Shown here: positions 13,865-19,713 of the stretch, piece by piece
Layout of the letters: each line of letters begins with the position of its first letter
Numbering within the stretch: the stretch's first letter is position 1
NCBI GenBank assembly: GCA_964636085.1
Contig: CAZWPQ010000037.1
Coordinates: 1 to 19,713 of the forward strand
Direction of reading: 5' to 3'
From: an uncultured Nitrososphaerota archaeon
GTDB taxonomy: Archaea > Asgardarchaeota > Njordarchaeia > Njordarchaeales > Panguiarchaeaceae
Length of the DNA stretch: 19,713 nucleotides
The notes under the pieces: generated by a model
Told to the model about the DNA's origin: nothing
The model's database searches: none
Seen by the model: the letters and a program-made list of their open reading frames with translations, nothing else
Made by a program: the position numbers and the translations under genes

Positions 13865-15462
13865 TCATAATGATGACGAAGAGAGGGCTTCTATTCATAT
13901 TTTTGATGTTATCAGTATTAACGCCCCTAAGCACTCGTTGTGTATTACTTGTGGAGGTAGGACAAAAAAAGGCAAGCACATACGATATTGGTTTAGATCT
14001 CTACGACGTGTCATGGGTATACGCTCTTGCAAATATATCATTGGGAAACATAACTATTCCAGAAGGCACAACCGCACTGTTTGTTTCCCTTAGGAATATT
14101 GGTTCCGTACCTATTTATAATCTTACGATAGACTTTAGCTCACTAGAGAGAGTTGGAAAGATAAACGAAACCGTCAAGAACTATACGGGCGAGATACCAT
14201 CCAACTATTCCGTATTATTCGCATTTGTATTCGACGAGGTATATCAAAACATATCCCTATCAGAATACGACCTCCCACTACACTGCAACTTCACGGCTAA
14301 TGGCCTCCCATTCCAACAGACAATAATAGTTCCAGTTTCAGTATCGGGCATCCCCGAGATAGAAATCCAAGCAGAGCCCCTGATCGTATATCAGGAAGGA
14401 GACTATATATTTAATGTGAAGGTTAAAAATATAGGAACCGCTACGGCGAAATGGGTGAGAGTTATAACATATGGCTACCCTCCATATGTTACTGTTGAGA
14501 GCCCAGATATCTACAAGCTAGGCTTCATAAGCCCCAATGAGATGAAGGAAGCAACATTTAGACTTAGAGTTATAGATCTTCCAGTCACAGCAATAGCTTT
14601 CGTGGTGAATGTAACATTTATGGATGAGAGATCCACAAATGTCTACTGGATAGCGGAAACGGTTCCAGTAATCGTGAACGAAACAAAAGAAATAATACTT
14701 GTAAATGCCTACTCCATCCCGCCGACCACCCTACCAGGAGACAAATATGTTCAGGTCAACGCCATCATTGGCAATCCAACTAGAAAACTTATAAAGAATG
14801 CCGTTGTGAAACTGGATCTACCTGAATACTTCGAGCCAAGTTTCCCTGGCTCAGACACAATAAATATTGGGTCCCTTCCCCCAGGCTACTTTGTAAATGT
14901 TACATTCTTAATCGATGTAGATAGTTCAGCTCCTCCTGGGTTCTATGAGATCCCAGTTAAATTCACATATGATGGGGGAGAAAATGAGGCCACATTAAGC
15001 ATTGTTGTGAAGGAAAAGGTTAAGTTTAAGATGATCAAGATCGAGCCCGATACCCTAACCATTGGCGATACAGATGTTAACCTCCACATACAAATAAAGA
15101 ATGTTGCCTATGTAGAGGCCGAAGATGTATATCTCGAGATACAGTCTGGTGGAAATCTCAAGGGGGAACTCGCTGCCTATGTTGGCAAGGTATTCCCAGG
15201 AGAGATTGTTGATATCACTTTCTACACTGAAGTATCAAAGGATGCTCCAGAGGGAAGAGTCCCTATGGATATGCTGATCATATGGATACAGGAGGGGAGA
15301 GTCCTGTCGGAATTATACCGTTTCATGCTGACTTTTGTATCTGGAGGGCTATATGTCTCCAAGTATGAGCTTGGAGTTATCGCAATTTTTATAGTGGCAA
15401 CTGCCGCATTGTTTTACAAGTCCCTCAGGGAAATTATGATTAGGAGGAGATGGAGGCTATGA
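13861..15462 (+). CDS. COG1361-like S-layer-domain / CARDB-like Ig-fold membrane-anchored protein
   Basis: Signal peptide, repeated VKNIGTATAKWV / IKNVAYVEAEDV / IGSLPPG...VTF..DV..APPGFYEIPVKFTY units, C-terminal TM plus RRRWRL. Overlaps the permease stop (GTGA). The start could be ATG 13870 or 13873. Confidence 0.75.
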   Translation: MIIMMTKRGLLFIFLMLSVLTPLSTRCVLLVEVGQKKASTYDIGLDLYDVSWVYALANISLGNITIPEGTTALFVSLRNIGSVPIYNLTIDFSSLERVGKINETVKNYTGEIPSNYSVLFAFVFDEVYQNISLSEYDLPLHCNFTANGLPFQQTIIVPVSVSGIPEIEIQAEPLIVYQEGDYIFNVKVKNIGTATAKWVRVITYGYPPYVTVESPDIYKLGFISPNEMKEATFRLRVIDLPVTAIAFVVNVTFMDERSTNVYWIAETVPVIVNETKEIILVNAYSIPPTTLPGDKYVQVNAIIGNPTRKLIKNAVVKLDLPEYFEPSFPGSDTINIGSLPPGYFVNVTFLIDVDSSAPPGFYEIPVKFTYDGGENEATLSIVVKEKVKFKMIKIEPDTLTIGDTDVNLHIQIKNVAYVEAEDVYLEIQSGGNLKGELAAYVGKVFPGEIVDITFYTEVSKDAPEGRVPMDMLIIWIQEGRVLSELYRFMLTFVSGGLYVSKYELGVIAIFIVATAALFYKSLREIMIRRRWRL

Positions 15463-18400
15463 GGAGAATAAATAGCTGTATTCTAATATTCTTGATCCTC
15501 CTCTGCAACCTGTATCTTAGCCACTCAACAATGCCTCGACATTACGGGAATGAAAAAAAATTGCTCCCAAGACACATACATAATTTTGATGCTTCCAGGA
15601 GAGATGGACAGTACTTATCAGCCACCAAGAATTACTTAAGAATATCTGGTACGTCGACATACGGTGACAATATAAGCTTTCAACATTCATGGATAGTTGG
15701 GCCTGGGAACACCCTCCTAGACCTCAAGGCCACAGATTATATTTATCTAGCCTTAAATTATGGTATCATTGGAATGAATATTACTGGAGAAAAAATCCTT
15801 GCTCTATATATACCAAATATCGTAGATGTTTGTCTATATGATATTAATGAAGACGGCCATGATGAGGTCATTGTGGCTAATTCAACACATGTACTTTTGA
15901 TCGATAGCTTCGATACGAATCTAATCATTACTATTTCAAATATCTCCAGCATCGCCGCCGCAGATTTCTCAATGAATCTCGGCACAGAAATAGTTGTTGC
16001 TGTCGAGAACAATGTCAGTCTTTATAGCACAAATGGAAATCTCCTATGGAGCCAGTACATACCTGGATCTATTGAGGTTTATGATATTTCTTGGGACTTA
16101 GACGTATATGATGAAATACTGGTCAGGTGCAATGATAGTCTCTTAGTTTTAGACAACGGTGGGGAAATTCTATGGAGCTACAGTTTTGAGTCTAACATAG
16201 ACAATGTTTTTATCTCAGACCTAAATGGTAATGGGCTAGACGAGGTTATTGTTTCTTATGGAAATACATTATACATGTTCTCGGACATGGCCAATAATGT
16301 GTGGAGGGTAGCACTAGAGGATAGCATAACATCGATAGATGCTTGTGATATATCTAACGATACATATATGGAGATTGTTATTGGTCTTGAAAACACAAAA
16401 ATAATTGCACTCAACTTCACGCTAGATGTTATATGGGAAACAATTTTAGGGAAAAAACCTCTAGCATTGTCACACATCGATTCTGATATGGATCCTTATG
16501 ATGAAGTCTTTATAGGCTCAGTGGGTAAAGTTTTTGGGTTAGATAACAACGGCTCAATAATGTGGGATACAGATACTATAGGGGACATATACCTATTAGA
16601 AACAACAAGTAATTACATCATTGCTGGTGGCGCATCTCCATGGATATATTCCATAGGCACTGATGGGTCAATTGTCTGGCTAAACAGGATAATGGGAAAC
16701 AGCCAAAAACTCATCCTAGCAAACATTCAAGACGACGACTTACCCGAGATAGCAATATCCTTTAAGGATGGAACCATATCTGTGTTCGATAGGGACTATA
16801 ATGAGATCTTTTACCGAAACATATCAATGGTACCAGACTTTATGTTTGGTATAGACTGTAATGAGGATGGCTATGAGGATATCCTACTCTGTCTGCCCAA
16901 TGGCACCATAATTTCCCTCAACAAGACGGACGTATTATGGAGAACAAGATATAATGGTAGCATAACTGATGCACTAGTTTCCGATCTGGATCTCGATGGC
17001 AATTATGAACTTATAGTATGTGGTGACAATGGAAGCCTTATGATTTATAATAATGGGAGCCAAGGATGGTATGTCGAAGGTCTCAATGCATCGTCATTGG
17101 ATGTAGAAGACCTAAACCTAACCTACACCGGTAAGGAAGTCGTTGTTGGGCTCAGAAATGGCTCTCTAGTCATAATTTTACAGAATGGAACGGTGCTTCA
17201 TAGATTAGATGTAGAGAACACGCAAATAGATGATGTCCTAGCCTTCCCTGATATAATCGTATATAGTACGGAGAATAGGGTATGTGCCATAAACACAAGC
17301 TCATATGAGGTTATATGGAACCAAACTATCGGTGGCTGGAATATTATGCTGGAAGCAGGGGATTCTCTACCAATAGAAGGCAGGGAGATATCATTCCTAA
17401 GCAACAATTCTTATGGAATAATACTCCACAGCGGCATAATATACTATGAGCACTATGCAAACAGATCTATATTCCACATGGCCCACATCAATGGTACATA
17501 CGAATATACTGTCCTGGCGGACAGCTCGTGTGTATATGTCGACAATACTGGAGAACTGGTCTACATGGAAAACATAACACGATCAATTACAGATATTGTC
17601 ACAGAAGACTTCAATGATGATCTTATGGACGAAATATTTATTCTCAATGAAATGGGCTGCACAGTGTTGTCGGCGACAAGATCCATTTGGCTCATAACTC
17701 CGGAGAATAATTCTATATATAATACAAGCGGCGTGGGTATAGATTGGGGGATCTTTGGTTTTGATCCTTATGGCTATAGAATATATCTAAATCATTCCCC
17801 ATATGACTGGACAGACATATCCTATATAAATCTACATTTCCCACGGAACGGAAAATGGGTAGTAAGTATTGAGGCCATACCTAAACGTGGTACACATCTA
17901 ATCTATAATTTCTCCATACTAATCGACACAGAGCCTCCCCTCGTATACATACTATACCCACAGAATAACTCATATTTCTCTCAAGAGAACATAACAATCA
18001 CATGGTCGGGGGAAGACAACACATCAGGCATAGCTTATTACTGTCTATATATAAATGACTCACTTATATACAATGGTACCGGCCATAATGTTACTACAAT
18101 ATTGGACTATGGTGTCAGTAAAATCCAGTTGTGTGCGAAAGACTGGGCGGGCAACACTAATTATACCTACATATATGTTGTTATGGATAATCTAGCACCC
18201 AGAATAGTATCTCTAAACATTTCTAATGGATCATTCATTTCAAGAAACAACATATGCATAGAGTGGGGGTATGAGGAGGACTTTCTTGATCATTTCGAAG
18301 TAAATGTTGATAATACATCGTGGGAGTATGTGGGTAAAAATAATACGTATAAGATCACAAACCTGTCGTATGGACAGCATAGCGTAAGGATTAGGGCGGT

Positions 18401-19658
18401 TGATAAATCTGGTAATGTGGGGGAGAGCTACGTAGAGTTCATAGCTGATAATAGGTCCCCTAGATTTGGGCACTTCTCAATAAATAATAACTCCAATATA
18501 AACACTACTACCGTTAGACTACGCGTAACTATCCTCGATGATTACTTCAGATGTGCATACATCTTTATTGATGGGGACATGGTACTTCAGTTCCATAGTA
18601 GTGAAATAGATACGGTGATAGATCTAGATGTAGAGGGGCTACATAACATAACAATAATCGCTATCGACTATGCAGGAAACTACAACACATCAAGAATTTT
18701 TGTTAATGTTGATTTGACACCCCCAATAGTAACATTTTTATTCCCACAGAATTACTCATACTTCAATGTTACGGATATCGAAATCTCATGGGTCGCCTCT
18801 GATGATATATCAGGAATTTGGTATGTCCAGTTTAGGATCGACAATTATGCATGGACATATATCTCCGATAATGGAAGCATAACTGCCTCCCTATATGATG
18901 GCACCTACATACTCTACATAAGGGCCTACGACAAAGCTGGAAATGTGGCCATAGCCAGAATCATAATAACTATTGACACAAAACCGCCAGAAATATCAAT
19001 ATTATCCCCATCAAACCAGTCCCTATTCAACACATCTACCATAGAATTGTCATGGATCGTGGAGGAAGACCACATCTACACCATAACTATAATATTGAAT
19101 GGGACTCCCCATGTTTCTACCACCACATTAAGGGAAAGCCTACTATTGGAGCTAAATTCCGACGGAATATGGTTCATATCTATCATGGCTAAAGACATGG
19201 CGGGCAATAGCCAAATATCTACAATTATTGTATGGATGGACACAACGGAGCCTATGCTAAGGATAATTAGGCCAGAGAACTATACATCAGTATCCAACAA
19301 GAGCTTCAGGGTCGTATGGGTGGCTAATGACTCGCTCGGTATTTATGGCTATTACATTAGGATAGACAACAACACGTGGAGCTTCCTAGGAAACGAGACA
19401 TACTACATTATAGAGACAATATCACTGGCCACTGGCCAGCATTTCTTCTACGTAATGGCCATCGACATGGCAGGAAACGGAGAAATAAACGTGCTTGTGT
19501 TTAATATAACTAGAGTAACAGAGATCCCCGTCGAGAAAAGAATAATTCTCCCATTAATGTCATCACTATTGTTCATATTTGCCCTGATTGGATATACGAT
19601 GATAAGAAAGAAGCATAAAAAACCAACGGAACTCGAAGAGGAGGCAGAAAATCGCTAG
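15459..19658 (+). CDS. Large membrane-anchored surface glycoprotein (~1399 aa): FG-GAP/VCBS-like Ca-binding beta-propellers, ~7 Ig-like domains, TM, short charged tail
   Basis: ATGA overlap with the upstream stop at 15459-15462. Signal peptide MRRINSCILIFLILLCNLYLS. About 12 D-x-N/D-x-D-G-x-x-E-I/V-I/V-like motifs (15840..17642). About 7 Ig-like repeats, six of the form DxxP...AxDx(A/S)GN. TM IILPLMSSLLFIFALIGYTMI. Confidence 0.88.
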   Translation: MRRINSCILIFLILLCNLYLSHSTMPRHYGNEKKLLPRHIHNFDASRRDGQYLSATKNYLRISGTSTYGDNISFQHSWIVGPGNTLLDLKATDYIYLALNYGIIGMNITGEKILALYIPNIVDVCLYDINEDGHDEVIVANSTHVLLIDSFDTNLIITISNISSIAAADFSMNLGTEIVVAVENNVSLYSTNGNLLWSQYIPGSIEVYDISWDLDVYDEILVRCNDSLLVLDNGGEILWSYSFESNIDNVFISDLNGNGLDEVIVSYGNTLYMFSDMANNVWRVALEDSITSIDACDISNDTYMEIVIGLENTKIIALNFTLDVIWETILGKKPLALSHIDSDMDPYDEVFIGSVGKVFGLDNNGSIMWDTDTIGDIYLLETTSNYIIAGGASPWIYSIGTDGSIVWLNRIMGNSQKLILANIQDDDLPEIAISFKDGTISVFDRDYNEIFYRNISMVPDFMFGIDCNEDGYEDILLCLPNGTIISLNKTDVLWRTRYNGSITDALVSDLDLDGNYELIVCGDNGSLMIYNNGSQGWYVEGLNASSLDVEDLNLTYTGKEVVVGLRNGSLVIILQNGTVLHRLDVENTQIDDVLAFPDIIVYSTENRVCAINTSSYEVIWNQTIGGWNIMLEAGDSLPIEGREISFLSNNSYGIILHSGIIYYEHYANRSIFHMAHINGTYEYTVLADSSCVYVDNTGELVYMENITRSITDIVTEDFNDDLMDEIFILNEMGCTVLSATRSIWLITPENNSIYNTSGVGIDWGIFGFDPYGYRIYLNHSPYDWTDISYINLHFPRNGKWVVSIEAIPKRGTHLIYNFSILIDTEPPLVYILYPQNNSYFSQENITITWSGEDNTSGIAYYCLYINDSLIYNGTGHNVTTILDYGVSKIQLCAKDWAGNTNYTYIYVVMDNLAPRIVSLNISNGSFISRNNICIEWGYEEDFLDHFEVNVDNTSWEYVGKNNTYKITNLSYGQHSVRIRAVDKSGNVGESYVEFIADNRSPRFGHFSINNNSNINTTTVRLRVTILDDYFRCAYIFIDGDMVLQFHSSEIDTVIDLDVEGLHNITIIAIDYAGNYNTSRIFVNVDLTPPIVTFLFPQNYSYFNVTDIEISWVASDDISGIWYVQFRIDNYAWTYISDNGSITASLYDGTYILYIRAYDKAGNVAIARIIITIDTKPPEISILSPSNQSLFNTSTIELSWIVEEDHIYTITIILNGTPHVSTTTLRESLLLELNSDGIWFISIMAKDMAGNSQISTIIVWMDTTEPMLRIIRPENYTSVSNKSFRVVWVANDSLGIYGYYIRIDNNTWSFLGNETYYIIETISLATGQHFFYVMAIDMAGNGEINVLVFNITRVTEIPVEKRIILPLMSSLLFIFALIGYTMIRKKHKKPTELEEEAENR

Positions 19659-19673
19659 TATTTGCTATATTAC

Positions 19674-19685
19674 TTTTTCTTTTTT
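19674..19685 (+). terminator. Oligo-T archaeal terminator
   Basis: TTTTTCTTTTTT lies 15 nt after TAG 19658. Confidence 0.6.
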
Positions 19686-19713
19686 GACCACACAGACAGT
19701 CTACCTAAACATG

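Overview
Archaeal-looking, AT-rich window. The basis is TATA/BRE and oligo-T signals, GGAGG/GGTGA ribosome-binding sites and very dense N-x-S/T sequons. The mix of TSP3-like, NosD-type beta-helix and Ig-like domains suggests an Asgard-like lineage, which is inference only. The window is dominated by large, C-terminally membrane-anchored surface proteins: (1) the 3' end of a DTDDDG/TSP3-like repeat protein (<1..752), (2) a ~1670-aa beta-propeller + Ig-like protein with an internal hydrophobic helical domain (803..5812), (3) a convergent beta-helix + TSP3-like protein (5834..8818, -), and (4) a tightly coupled four-gene operon (11806..19658) encoding an ABC ATPase, an ABC-2 permease, a COG1361-like protein and a ~1400-aa DxNxDG-propeller + 7 Ig-like protein. 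Between them lie an atypical HhH-GPD-fold gene, a retropepsin-like aspartic protease and an EamA/DMT transporter. The first striking signal is a ~212-bp near-perfect, in-frame inverted repeat inside two convergent surface-protein genes (411..622 and 5973..6184). It brackets both membrane anchors and the whole giant gene, making a candidate invertible or anchor-swapping locus. The second is abrupt blockwise switching between G/T-ending and A/C-ending codons within genes. No RNA genes, CRISPR array, transposase, recombinase or reverse transcriptase were recognised.
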